NCBI RefSeq assembly: GCF_030144855.1
Contig: NC_082728.1
Span: forward strand, 25,854,001-25,918,000
Direction of reading: 5' to 3'
DNA length: 64,000 nt
Source: Hypanus sabinus
Taxonomy: Eukaryota
Shown here: positions 37,739-51,725 of the stretch, piece by piece
Position numbering within the stretch: position 1 is the stretch's first letter
How the letters are laid out: each line of letters starts with the position of its first letter
Notes under the pieces: model-generated
What the model saw: the letters and a program-made list of their open reading frames with translations, nothing else
The model's database searches: none
Told to the model about the DNA's origin: nothing
Translations under genes and position numbers: made by a program

Positions 37739-40700
37739 AAATTGGCCTTCAATATAATTATTGACTTTAAAGAGCAAGATGAAATTTGCCGGACCTAGCA
37801 TTTGCTGAGTTAATGAAGCATGGCAGGATTGCACTAGACTTTTACACCACAGACTCAAAATTCTTTCTGTAATAGAAGCTGTAACCAAAATTCTCCAGTC
37901 CACATAAACTAGCAGTATGTGCAGGTACTCCTCATGACTTTGCTTGTTTTGGTTGATCAGAATAAATTACATAAAATGCACATCCCAAGTAGTGCAAGTA
38001 ATTTTTGTGGTACCATTTGTAGATAGTGCATACCATTGTTGATCTTGCATTGTTGACTGTAAATATTGTGATCAAAAATGATATGCCCCAAAAGATGTAG
38101 TTTATTGATCTTTTCTGTAGCGTGCCTTTAGAAATTCTGGTTTAGGGTGCTCCCAAACTTTCAGTTGCCTCTTTCTGCTTCCCTGTTGTTCATTTGGTAA
38201 TTTTAGGGTAGATCTTTTATATATGCACATGAAGTCCTGTGTACGGATGGATACATGTCGCCAACCTGTTGGATGCCAGATTTTTACAAATTTTAAGATA
38301 ATGTAATTCATTTTTTTCAACAGCTGTTTGATTTAAATCTGTCTTGAAACCTGCCATCCAGAAGCACGGTGGCTTGTGACTATTTTTGCAAAGTTAAATG
38401 AAAGTGGGTCAATTTTACCATCAAAGGAAATTAACTGTAAAAAAAAAATTGTAATATATTATCTGCTGAAGTGTTCCAGTATTAAGCATCCGTATAGATC
38501 CAGCATCCATTCCATAAATGAGTATATTTCCCGGTGCTTCATTAACTGTGAAACATTTATGATGTTGCATAAATGTAAGTTTGTTTAATCATTAATAATG
38601 AGAAATAAGTTCTTTTGTTTTACTGCTCTGAAACTCTTAACATTTTTTAAGACTAGTTTCCTGACAGTTGTTTCATGCCCAACTCGTCAATTTTTTGCAT
38701 TTATCTCCAAACATTACTTTTCACCAAGTAGTTCTTAAAGCTACATTTTGCACATTCCATAGAGATTTGGGAATTTTGCATCAACACAGCACTATACCAG
38801 TTTATGGAATTAAGTGGAAGGGATTTTTCAAAACTTCCTTTTGCTTAGGATATAAGTTTGGCTAAAGATTTAATTTATTTTTCAAGATGTTTGATATTTA
38901 GGACTTTGGGGTGTTTTAACAGCTTTCTTTACTATAGTTCAAACAAAATCTTTGAGATAAAAGGTGACGTACTTTTTTATGTGCATAGAATAGATTGATT
39001 ATGGGCAAACTTCAAGATGTGTATCTAAATTATGCCTCTGCATTCTTGAAGCATATTGCTGATGAACTTGCAAGTAGAAACTCTAGTGTTTTGTAGGTAC
39101 AATTTTAGCATCAATATATAGATATTCTCATTTAAATGGCAAATCTGGAACCTATAAAATATTATTGCAGGCATTATACTGAATTTACATGTCTATCTTG
39201 AAACAAGTTTTCAGTGCAAGATACACTAGCAATGAAAATAAAGAAATTTTAAGTTTCCTCTACCCGGTACATTCGTAGTCAAAGGATTGTAATGAAAGCA
39301 AATTATTTCTACAGAAGAACACTAACCACTACTTTATCACTAATTTCAATAGACCATATTAATTTTTTTGCACTTTTATAACATTTGGGGTTAATTGTGA
39401 ACCCATTCAGGAGTGGTAGCATTTGGAAACATCACTACCTGTCTTAGCTCCACCACGTCCCAGTTTAATTATGAAGTGGAACAAAACATAAGCAATGCTT
39501 CCGTCAAAAAAAAATGGACATTTCTTATATATAAATCGGGCTCCGGTGGTATTTCCTGAGCTTCTCCAAGCTTGGTGTTGCACGATGACTGCTCAAGTGG
39601 ACTGCTGGCAGAAGATCCAAAATTGCTTTTGGTACATTGTATTAAAGTGTGGTGTCTGGGTTGGAGGGAAGCATACAGGGTGACACAAATATCTGATCCT
39701 TTTGTAATCTTTGCACTCACTTGTGTGTATCTCTTCTAATGGAGTCCTTTTGATGTGGTTTGGGCTGATTTCTGGTAACTGAGGGTAAACGTCCCTTTTG
39801 CAATATTTTAAGTCCCACCTGTAATGCAACTTGGTCATACAGTTAATTGCCAAGCATGGTGAAATATTGCAGTGTTATTTATTAATTTGGCACTGCTCAG
39901 AGTTCACATGTTTTTCTTGTTAAATAAATTGAAATGGAGAACTAAACCCATTCATCTATAAATAACATTGATATCATCATTATTTAAACTTACTTTGCAC
40001 TACAATAATGTTTGCCTTACCTTAGTGTAATGGAGTCCTAATACTTGTTAATTTGATTTTTTTTAATCAGCCTGCATCTGAAAAAGCTCTCCAATTAAAC
40101 ATTACTTTATATGACACGCTACACAATTTGAGTTATCGAAAGGCAGCAGTCTGAAGAGTGCTTTGTGCATTTTTTCCAACTGCTTTCACTATAACACAGT
40201 TAAATGCAATCCTGGTTGAGAATAGATTATTCTCATTAAATGGCCAGATATGGTGGCACACAACATGCTGCTTTATCTTTTTTATTGAATATTTATACCA
40301 TTTTATACAGTGTGTAATGGCCTCAATGTTGGAATGTGAATGAAGCAGGTCACTAGAAAGCTGTGCAGCAGCACGGTTACTTTAATGTTTGTAAGCAAGT
40401 GTGTTTGTTAGTCATTGGCCTGCTTTTGAGTGGTACAATGTAAAATTTTGATCAACGCATTGTTTTGTTCAATACACGCTAGACAATGCTCAGATTCAAG
40501 CTGGCGGCTGTATTTACAGCTGGAGAGTTGCATTAACTGCATGCTTAATAGGAAATGTGAAGGTTAACTGTTCCTTCTTTTAGGCAACTCCCAAATATTG
40601 ACACTAATTTGTTTCTTAACAAGAGCTGAGATCAGATTATTTGATGCAGTGCTAATTGTATACTTTGTGTAATTTAGCCTCTATTCTGAATGCATTTCAT

Positions 40701-41525
40701 TGTGTTTTTAGAAAGTTCTATGCGTAAGTTGCAAATTTACGATCCCAGCTGCAGAACATAAAACTTTCTTTTAAAGTTCTTCCAGCTACAAATGTGATTG
40801 TACAATATAGTGGTTTGTTGTGGAGAAAGAAAATGTGACCAAAGGATCCCAGCAAAAAGGCTGTAATGGTGTTCTTGTGTGTTTTTGTTTGCTGGTTTGT
40901 CCGGTTTTTAAAAAAATTTCAGTTTTGTACATCTTTAATTGTGAAAACGCTGGTGATCTGAAATGTACTCAGCAAGTAGGTATCTGTGATTTTTTTTGAT
41001 GTTTTGAATATGTGCTGTTCAGAGCATACTAATGCATGGATAATGGACTGTGTTCTTGTACTCTAGATATGCAGGCTGACCTCCCAGGTACAGTTGCTGA
41101 TAATACAGAAAAACAAAGGGGTTGAACAGAAATGATATTGTTGGAATATTTTTACTGTCAATAACTTGATTTGGGAAAATTGAGGAAAAGCAAATATTCA
41201 GAAAAGACAATAGTTTTTGCGTTGGTATCAAATGAGGCCTAGAATGTAATGCACAAATGATTCGAAATATACCACTAAAGTGATTTTGTAAAGTTAAAAT
41301 TGCACATGACCTATTTTGCTAGTAGTATTTTAATCCAATTGTGTGCCAAATATTTAAAGGTATCTTAATGCTAAACAAAACTACAGTTATGAAGTGCTGT
41401 CTTCTATATGCTGTCAATCATACTTAAATAGAGGTATTACATAGTGTCTACATAGACTGCTCACTGTGTATGATTTTCTATGTAAAAATGAATGTAAATA
41501 AACTGACATTTTAAAGGTTTTATTT
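37739..41525 (+). other. CDC42EP4: Probable CDC42EP4 3'UTR
   Basis: AU-rich and free of recognisable transposons; AATAAA at 37961, 39237, 39923, 41497 and 41657. Confidence 0.55.
41497..41502 (+). terminator. Candidate CDC42EP4 polyadenylation signal
   Basis: AATAAA preceded by TGTA elements and followed by U/GU-rich sequence. Confidence 0.5.
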
Positions 41526-42954
41526 TTGAAATGTGTTGGTATAAAAACTCGAGTAATACTATCACTGACTTCACAAAACAACCTGATATTTTCACATATT
41601 ATCACATCATTGTAACAGTATTCAATAATTTGATTCATCTGATTATTTTTTTAGTTAATAAACTGCCAGCAAATTGGTTTCTTTATCTTGTCTATTGTGA
41701 ATTGTTTTACTTTTCATCAGTGAATTCCATTTGTTTACCTATTACTGATAAAAGTCATGTCGTTAGGAATGGAGAGAAAAAATCCCAAAACGTCCATCAT
41801 TTGAGCAGGATAAGTTTGGCCAATGCTCAGAAATTCACTTTCCAGCAAGGTCATCTGCTAAAATAGAACTCGAATTTCTAGTTGTCGTGGTTTTAAATTC
41901 TTTTGGATGTGATCCAAATTTTGAAACCATAGGCAATGAAGAAGGTAATACAGAGGATTTATTTTCATAGTATTCTCATCTCAAGTCCAACTTCATGACT
42001 GAGCTCATGCTGTGAGGTTGAAGTTCATGCACTGTGGAGATGTAGTACATGCAAACTGAAACCCTGGCTGTTTTTGAATCAAACTTGCAAGCCCTTTTTA
42101 AAAAAAAAAGTAGGAGAGCTCATCTTGTGGGATCATAAGTAGAGGAGAGAGCAGTTATGCTGGCATTTAAGTATTTCGGATTGAAAGGTGGAGGTACATG
42201 ACAATCATTAGTTTCTCCTGATGCCAATCCCTATCTGCATTAGGATTTTGTGAGACTTAAATTGCCTAACATTTATGCCTACACTGTATGTACCAATGAT
42301 CGAATCAACTGCACCCCTGTGGAGCAAATAGTCTGATGAATCTGAGTGAGGACCTGGAAGACAAGGTGTTTCTGGCACAATTTCAGTAGTGTGGTGGAAT
42401 AGTCTAGTAGGGTATCTCCTAAGGAGAATATTTATTGCCCTTGAACTACAACAAACTGAAGTCGAAGAGCGCTAATGTATTAACATCTAATTTGTTATGT
42501 TAAAGCTAATTCGAACTGTACTTTCAAATCTGGGCAACTGCTGTTGCAAGCAACTTGCATTTCTGCTTGTAGATATGTCAGTATATCTCACCAAGTATGT
42601 CATGACCTGCAGCAATGTGTGAAAGCGGAGATTTTTAGTTGTTGATCTCCATCCTGCAGGTGTGTTATACAAGAAACTACCATATCTACACAAGGACCCA
42701 AGTACTGTGTCTCAAATTGTTGGCTGGCTGCTCTGTCATTATTTCATCTACTTAGCACATTCACTAGCATTCTCTTGTAAAAACGATAAGCTTGATTATT
42801 CCTATTAACTCATAGTCCCTGCAGTTATTTGTTCGTCACTATTTTGTTTATTTTAAATATTTTACCCACCTGCCACATTCACTTAATTGTTTTTCAAAAA
42901 AGATGGGTTCAGTTTACTCATAATAAAATTAAAACAAACCATTCCTAAACTTTC

Positions 42955-43076
42955 AAACACAAGGAAATCTGCAGATGCTGGAAATTCAAACAACAACACA
43001 CACAAAATGCTGGTGGAACACAGCAGGCCAGGCAGCATCTATAGGGAGAAGCGCTGTTGAGACCCTTCGTCCTGAC
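42955..43076 (-). repeat. Penelope-derived hammerhead-family repeat (same subfamily as 20319-20413)
   Basis: Shares acacacaaaatgctggtggaacacagcaggccaggcagcatctatagggagaagc; the GAAAC part of the core is deleted. Confidence 0.75.
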
Positions 43077-44480
43077 TCGGTATTGGCTCAGTGAGCTACA
43101 GGACATGCAGGTGTACACGCTGCGGTATTTGCCAGATAAGCTGATTGCCAACATCGTTCAGAGTTTGCCAGTGACAGCAAACAGCAAAGAACAATGTGTT
43201 GTAGCAGGGCTATGCAATACGCAAGTGGCAGATTTTTCTTTTGAAAATCCAGTTAGGGTATTGAAATCTCTGAGGTAGAGAATTCTTGATTTAAAATGCC
43301 AGAAATCTTCAGTAAATCAAGTGTTATATATCAAAAGGGGTACAGAGTAAATATTTAAGAATATTCAACCCTTCATCAACGCCAGAAGTAAAAAAGAACA
43401 TTGTAACTAATGCCAGGGGAATTTTGCAAAAGTGGAAATGAAGGGTGTCTGGGGATTGTTTTAATGCTTCTCTACATTTGCTTGGGATTAACTTTATCTT
43501 GTATGCAAATTACTCTTATTAAACATGAGTTCAGTCTCTGCTGTTTTAAAATACCACCTGGAATCTTTTAACTTCTCTTTGATAAAATGCTGTTTAAGCT
43601 TAATATTGTTACACATTTTTGTGAAATGTGAATGCTGCTTCCTCCCTGACAAGTTTTGTATTTAACACTTTGCCAATTACATTATTGAAAACAAATTCTT
43701 CTGGTAATATACCTTTTAACTTTCAGACAGCAGACTCAACGTTAAAATTACTTTTATTTTGATCTAGCCCCCACCTTTATGTTAACAATTTTCAGTCCAA
43801 GGGCAAGTCCTCATGGTCAAAATTTATGCTTTTGTAATTGCCAATAAGGAAAATGGATAATTTAAAATGCTGTTGTTTGCAGAACCAAGCTGTGCTGAAG
43901 CAGATTGCCATTTGCCTAAACACTGACAAGGCTCCAGCTTGAATTAACTAATGCATTTTGGAACATTCTTGTGCATTGAATGCTTTTGAGAAACCTATTT
44001 TTATGTATTCAGTTTAAGGAATAACAAGTCTCATTTCAAATTGTAGAATCATGAGTTTTTATTCTGGGTTTTAAAAGCATTGTGCAAACAAAGTCTTTAT
44101 AATGTAGGTTAATGAAATGTGCTTATTAGAAGTTTTGGAAGAAAAATCAACTACAAAAACTATTTGCTTACCAGCATTTGCACTTGGCATCATGACTAAA
44201 TTACACTCAAGTCCTTTTACAGATGTACAAAGCTATTGCAACACCAAAGTAATAGTGGGCAGAATTTGAGATTAATTAACCTTTAATGAAATATCCACTT
44301 AGTTTACATATCAAAATGATTGAATGGAATTTGCATTTACCAACTCCTTAGTGCAATTCTGATACAAAGCAATCTACATTGATGGACTAGATTATTCTGC
44401 ATACAGGTTGCTGCTCGAGTCTGCCTTTTGTATGTACTCAACTGTACCTAAATATTGAGGGCCCACCAAGCTGACCTAGC

Positions 44481-44677
44481 TGTGGTGAACTGCATATACC
44501 TGTCTGGTCACGCCCCTCTGCTGACTGCTCCTGTGGCTCCTCTCACAGACCCCTGTATAAAGGTGGTTGGAAGCACTGCTCCCCCCTCAGTCTCCAGGAT
44601 GTTGTGTGGTTGTTTCTTGCAGCTAATAAAAGTCTATCGTTTGCCTCCCGTCTCCAAGAGTTCTTGATGGTGCATCA
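44481..44677 (+). mobile_element. Solo LTR (197 bp)
   Basis: TG...CA ends; 5-bp TSD ctagc / ctacc; internal TATAAA (~44556) and AATAAA (~44625). Confidence 0.75.
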
Positions 44678-45684
44678 CTACCAAACATAACCATAACATG
44701 GCCCCAGTTGGAGCCATTTGATTTATATTTTGAATGGCTTCTGAATAATTAAGATACTTAAAATGCATAAGAATGCAAGCATTTAAGTAAACGATATACA
44801 TTACAGTAAATGATATTAATAGGACTAGTGGAAAGATTTAGCTTAAGATGTATTTGGTTCATAACCAAAATTTAATCTGTTGATAAACAACCGTGTTTCA
44901 TATACCTACTTTTGAATTGTATGTGAATTTCTGAATACTTGCCTATCTGTAAGAGTGTAACTAAGAATGGAGAAATCCAATTCTATATTTTCATTGTTGT
45001 GACTTTGGAACAAAGTTCCAGAAGACAATATTTGAACTAAATTGAATTGGCTGAGGCATCATTTGCTATGATCTTAAAACATTGATATGCTTTTCAAAAC
45101 ATTGATATGATCTACATTTGCATTTGTTTTGTGTAGAATTAAAAGTTTTAAGTCCTGTTGCGGTCCTGACTTGATGCTGATAATTCCTTTCCCTACGACA
45201 CAGCTCCTGCTCAGTTCCGCTAGCAGGTTTTTGCTTAGAATTTTTACTCTTTGGTGGAAGCCTATAATTGCATTTTTGTCTCTTTGGTGAGGGTGCAATA
45301 TCCTTTCTGAAGACTGACATTGAATATTAGATGGTCCTGTTAGCTCAGTGAATAAATACATAATTGATGTGAATTTAAACTATATTCTATAGAAATGCAT
45401 CTGGCACTACAATGGACATACTCTGAAGCTCAAAACAAATGCAAAAAAAATTAATACTGGAAACGCTCAGCAGCATGGATGCAAAGTGGAAAGAGAAACT
45501 AATATATAGTATTGAAACCCAAAATCCAGGCTGACATTCAAGTATAAACTTGGAATACACTTAAATTTTTGACTAAAATATTCCAAAACCAAGAACTTCC
45601 TTCTGTTTAAAACTAGGCTAATCCAGAGGACAATATTGCATTAGATTCTGTTGGTTTAGTGTCCATGAGGAAATCCATCCAGAA

Positions 45685-47990
45685 ACGTAGAAAACCTACA
45701 ACACAATACCAGGCCCTTTGGCTCACAAAGTTGTGCTGACCATGTCCTTAGCTTAGAAATTACCCAGGGTTATCTATAGCCCTATTTTTTGAAACTCCAT
45801 GTACCTATCCAAGAGTCTCTTCAAAGATCTCCTCCACCAATGTTGCCAGCAGCCCATTCCATGCACTCACCACTCTGTGCTTAAAAAACATCCCCAACAT
45901 CTCTGTACCTACTTCCAAGCACCTTAAAACTGTGCCCTCTCATGCTCGCCATCTCAGCCTTGGGGAAAAAGCCTCTGACTATCCACACGATCAATGCCTC
46001 TCATCTTATACACCTCTATCAGTTCACCTCTCATCCTCCATCGCTCTAAAGAGAAAAAGCTGACATTACTCAAGCTATTCTCATAAGACATGCTCCCTAA
46101 TCCAGGCAACATCCTTGTAAATCTCTGCACCCTTTCCATGGTTTCCACATCCTTCCTGTAGTGAGGCGACCAGAACTGAGCACAGTTCTCCAAGTGGGGT
46201 CTGACCAGGGTCCTATATAGCTTGCAATAATACCTCCCAGCTCTTAAACTCAATTCCACGATTGATGAAGGCCATTGCACCATATGCCATCTTAACCACA
46301 GAGTAATCCAGTGCAGCAGCTTTGAGTGTCCTATGGACTCAGACCACAAGATCCCTCTGATCTTCCACACCGCCAAGAGTCTTACCATTAATACTATATT
46401 TTGCCATCGTATTTGACCTACCAAAACCCAACTTTTGTGTCATCAGAAAATTTAATAACTCATTCCTCCACTTCCTCATCTAGGTCATTTATAAATATCA
46501 CGAAGAGTAGGAGTCCCCAGAACAGATCCCTGAGGCACACCACTGGTGACCGACCTCCATGCAGAATATGACCCGTCTACAACCACTCTTTGCCTTCTGT
46601 GGGCAAGCCAATTCTGGATCCACAAAACAATGTCCCCTTGGATCCCATGCCTCCTTACTTTCTCAATAAGCCTTGCATTGGGTACCTTATCAAATGCTTT
46701 GCTGAAATCCATGTACACTACATCTATGGCTCTACCTTCATCAATATGTTTAGTCACATCCTCAGAAATTTCAGTCAGGCTCATAAGGCAGACAAAGCCA
46801 TGCTGACTATTCCTAATCATATTATACCTCTCCAAATGTTCATAAATCCTGCCTCTCAGGATCTTCTCCATCAACTTACCAACCACTGAAGTAAGACTCG
46901 CTGGTTTATAATTTCCTGGGCTATCGCTACTCTCTTTCGTGAATAAGAGAACAACACCCGTAACACTCCGATCCTCCAAACTTATTTCTCCATTGATGAT
47001 GCAAAGATCATTGCCAAAGGCTCAGCAATCTCTTCCCTTGCCTCTCATAGTAGCCTGGGGTACATCTCATCCGGTTATGGTGACTTATCTAACGTGATAC
47101 TTTCCAAAACTTCCAGCACATTCTCTTCCTTGATATCTACATGTTCAAGCTTTTCGTTCCACTGTAAGTCAACTCTACAATCGCCAAGAACCTTTTCCAG
47201 AGTGAATACTGAAGCAAAGTATTCATTAAGTACCTCTGCTATCTCCTCCAGTTCCATACATACTTTTCCACTGTCACACTTGATTGGTCCTGTTCTCTCA
47301 CATCTTATCCTCTTGCTCTTCACATACTTGTAGAATGCCTTGGGGTTTTCCTTAATCCTGTCTGCCAAGGCCTTCTCATGGCCCCTTCTGGCTCTCCTAA
47401 TTTCTTTCTTAAACTCCTTCCTGCTAGCTTTATAATCTTCTAGATCTCTATCATTACCTAGTTTTTTGAACCTTTCGAAAGCTCTTCTTCTTGACTGGAT
47501 TTACAACAGCCTTTGTACACCACAGTTCCTGTACTTTACCATCCTTTCCCTGTCTTATTGGAAGGTACCTGTGCAGAACTTAATGCACACACCCCCAGAA
47601 TGTTTGCCACATTTCTTTTGTACATTTTCCTGAGAACATCTGTTTCTAATTTAAGCTTCCATGTTCCTCCCTGATAGCCTTATATTTCCCCTTACTCCAA
47701 TTAAGCGCTTTCCTATCTCTTGGCCAATGCTGTGATAAAGCATTATGATCACTCTCCAAAATGCTCTCCCACTGAGAGATGTGAAACCTGACCAGGTTCA
47801 TTTCCCAGTACCAGATCAAGTACAGCCTCTCGTCTTGTAGGCTTATCTACATACTGTGTCAAGAAAGCTTCCTGAACACACCTAACAAACTCCACCCCAT
47901 CTAAAACCCTTGCTCTAGGGAGATGACAATCGATATTTGGGAAAATATAATCACCCACCACAACAACCCTGTTATTATTACTGTACAGCT
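45685..47990 (-). mobile_element. CR1 LINE with endonuclease, RT and 3' tail remnants
   Basis: VGDYIFPNID..FLTQYVDKPTRREAVLDLVL (endonuclease); KENPKAFYKYVKSK; DVVYMDFSKAFDKVP..SGVPQGSVLG (RT); LVRPHLENCAQFWSP. Confidence 0.93.
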
Positions 47991-48299
47991 GTCCAGAATC
48001 TGTCTCCCTATTTACTCCTCGATGACCCTGTTACTACTTATTGGCACAAAATTGATCTGCACTGAGATTTTCAACCTCTGTGATCTCAAAATCGAAATTT
48101 CTTATTTACTAACAAAGCAACCAAGCTTTACTATCCCTGTTTTCCTCAGTAATGATAATGTGTAAAGGACCACCTAACAAATTGTATTTGTTTTCCTCAT
48201 CTTGTGACCTTAAAAGCAACCTTGTGTTCAAGTGCTTTGCTTTTTAGCTGAGGATCACAATCGTTGTGCAGTCACATTTGACTACACCTTGCATCTTGC

Positions 48300-48790
48300 T
48301 TCTTATAAGGATTCCATTTCATTCTCCCCAATTTCTGTCTCTAGCTTATCTGTCTTAGGGATAAGACTTTCCACAGCACTGCCCTGCAATGTCTGCCTTT
48401 CCCCCTCAGTCATAGTTTGCAGACTCTCAGCTATGTCTCTTCTGTTTCCTGTACTTCTGACCTCAGGGCTTTTCTCCCAGCCAGAATATGGATCTGCTTG
48501 TCCTCACTTTCCATCCTGTCAGCCACCACATTCAATGCATTTTTTCCCCACCAGACATATCTTCCTCCTCCCTCCCTTTCCAGCATTCTGTAAGGATCAT
48601 TTGTCTTGTAACCCTTGCTTTGGTCTTCCTTCTTCAGCAATTATTTTTTCTCTCATTGCACTTTTCCATGTAATTGTAAGGTATACATTTGCTCTTTTGC
48701 CTCTTCCTATCATTCAGGTCCCAACTAACTCTTCCTAAGTACCATTCAACTTATGCTTCTTCTAAATTAATTTATTGCAATCCGTGCCCA
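48300..48790 (+). mobile_element. Highly degenerate Penelope-like fragment
   Basis: Weak colinearity with the other Penelope relics (ttccattt..tctgtct..ggataagactttccacag; attcaggtccca). Confidence 0.45.
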
Positions 48791-49709
48791 CAAAGAATCA
48801 TTATCTTTGAAATGTTAATTCTATTTTTGTCTTTACAAACGAGTTCTCATTGCCATCATTCATGTTTATCCGCCCAAATCAGAATCGGGTTTATTTCCAT
48901 TGTTTTACATGGTGTGAAATTTGTTGTTTTGTGATAGCAGTACATTGAAAAGATGCACGATGCTATTAATTACTAAATAAATAGTGCAAGCTGAAGAATA
49001 ATTGTGCACTTTGATGAACAGTTCTGAAATCTGATGACAGGGCAAGAAGCTAATACTGAATCATTGAGTGTGGGTCTTCAACCTCCTGTACCTTCTCTCT
49101 GATGGTAGAGGGCATATCCCTGATGTTGAGGGTCTCCTAGCACCATTATTCACCAGCCATTCCTGGCTCCTTGTGCCTTGTAGTGCCCATTTATTGAGAA
49201 CAGCACTCCCATGCAGCTGGCAATATACTGGTTGACAAGTGCATATTTCTTAAAGTGAGAAACCACTCTCAGTACCACAGCCTGAGAAAGTGCAAGGCAT
49301 TAATAGGGATACTGCTGTAACTAATGATGTTTTAGCACAGCTGTACATAAAGAAATCTGAGAACAATATTACATGACAACATTCCACTTTGCAGTATTGT
49401 TGCAATGCCAAAATAAAACTGACAAGGAGAATTCATCGACCATCTTTTGGAGGAGAGTCTTTAACCACAAAACTGCATAAATGTGGGTGGCCCCAGTTTG
49501 AAGGTAAGTAGGACTAATATAAAATTAACACCAATGTGACTGTAACTGTGGGGTGGGGGGGGGATTAGCTAGGAACACTCAGCAGGTCAGTCAGCATCAT
49601 GGAAAGAAACAATTGGTTTTTCAAATCATAGAATCTTCATCAGAACTGGGAAAGGCAAAAAAAAAGGTGGTTTTTAAGTTACAGAGAAATGTGCAGGGAT
49701 CTATAGAAC

Positions 49710-50157
49710 AAAAGGTACAGAGGAGATTTACCATGATGGTGCTGCCTGCATTTGAGAGCACAGTTTATGAGGAAGGGCTGAGAGAGCTAAGGCTTTTCTC
49801 CTTGGAGCAAAGGAAGACAAGAGGTGTATAAGATGATAAGAGGCACAGATAGAGTGGACAGCCTGAACCTTTCCCCCAGGGTAGAAGTAGCGAATACAAG
49901 GAATAATTTTAAGATGATTGGAAGAAATTATAAATGTTAGAGGTAGGTTTTTTTCCCACACAGAATGGTGGGTGCATGGAATGCAATACCGGGGCAGTGG
50001 TAATGACAGACACATTGGGAATGTTTAAGAAACTTACAGGTAAGCACATGGATGAAAGAAAACTGGATGGCTATGTGGAAGGGAGAGGTTACATAGATCT
50101 GGAGTACTTGTAACTTAAAAGGTTAGCTCTACTGTGCTGTACTCTTCTGTGTTCTAT
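49710..50157 (+). mobile_element. CR1 3' fragment
   Basis: KVQRRFTMMVLP..YEEGLRELRLFSLEQR; tail ttctgtgttctat. Confidence 0.75.
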
Positions 50158-50904
50158 GAGGTCAGAGTTGACTTAGGGTTTCAGTGATAAAGTTCTGGGA
50201 AGGAGGGATAAAATATAAACAAGAGAGTGCATAAAAGCTCCGATAATGCAGGTCAGAACTGTTGGGAATGCTTGTCATGTCAGGCAATGATAAGAGAGAA
50301 CAAAAAAAATGAGTTAATCGTTTTCATTGACGGATACCCCTGACATCTGACTTTTCAATTCTCTCCACAGAAGCAATTGAATATTAATTCTAAACATTTA
50401 TAAGGTTATAATGCAATACTCTTAAACCCACAAGGAAGACAATATTCCCCAGTGAATTATACACTTCTGGGTGTTTTTTGGTACATACGAGCAAGCTACT
50501 TTCTAATATGCTAGATCATATATTTTACATGTACAGTTGAATTTTGTGCCAAAAAGATGCTGCAAAGAAGGTGTAATTTGTAGAAGGAAAAAAGCCTCTC
50601 TAAAACTAATCTACGTAATGTGGTGTGTCCCAGTAGAATATAATACAGCAGAGTCTGTTTAAGATTTGAGAAACACTAAAATTAACCTTTTTCTGATTCT
50701 TTCATATTTTGCTAAACGAAATCATGTTGGTGGGCATAATTTTTAAGGTGCTGGTTCGTCTCAGCGCTGATTAGAAAATGTGCTAGTTGTACTATTTTTA
50801 TGGCAATAATGCATGTGAATCTGAAGAAGGACAATAGTAGTTTCTCTTGTGAATCCTCCTGCATCGAATAACCAGCATTTTTTCCAAGATGCGCCCAAAC
50901 ATGG

Positions 50905-51725
50905 CGAACTTCCATTCAAGATGGTGGCAGCGAACAGCGATTCCTCTGGCGACATCATGCAGATTGTCAATTTCTTCAATTATTTCACTTTCTCTATGCC
51001 TTCTGCTTATTCTTTTTGTTTTGATTGTGTTTTGTAAACTGTTGGAATCTGTGACATGCAGTTGGAGTCTGACTGAGTGATCTGGCGCCCTACTGTACAT
51101 CTAAATCTCTACATCTCTGCTGTACCTAGAAATGACCTCGAGCAGAAGCTGTCTCATGCAGAAGACCAGAGATGGGGAGTGGGGCCATGATCAACTCCAC
51201 TTTGAAGCATCGAAGAAGATTGAAGCACCGAGGCGAATGTGGAGAAGATTAGTGGTGGCTCCCCACGGAGGCCACCGGTCAACGTTGGCGACATTTGGAA
51301 GGCTGAAGGTCAGCAACATGGCAGTCGCTCTTCACAGAAGGACTGACTTTGAGCAGTCACTCTCCTCGATTCTGACAAAAGGATGTTTTCAAAATTCTAT
51401 GTTTTATGTGATTATTGCTCTCCTCCAGTCTTCTGTGTTTTATTTCTAGTTGCCAATTGGCACATTGGGGTTCCAGGTGGGTGATGTGTTAGTTTTTGTG
51501 CAAGGGAGGGGTTGGAGATTTGGGGCCTGATGTTCTTGCTGGTTTTTCTGTGTGGGCGAACTGTTAAGTTTTTTATGTACGAGCGAGGGAGTTGGGGGTT
51601 TGATGCTATTGTTGCTGTTCTTTTTTTGCAAGTTTAAAAAAATGTTTTTCATTGCTATCTGGAGAAGATAAATATCAGAGTTGTATTGCAGATGCAGACT
51701 TGGACAATAAAATTAACCTTTCAAC
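50905..51725 (+). mobile_element. Probable non-autonomous retroelement with a Rex1-like 3' tail
   Basis: Starts with YY1-like caagatggtggc; no RT similarity; its tail (atcagagttgtattg...acaataaaattaacctt) resembles the Rex1 tails at ~56150-56220 and ~58045-58112. Confidence 0.5.
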
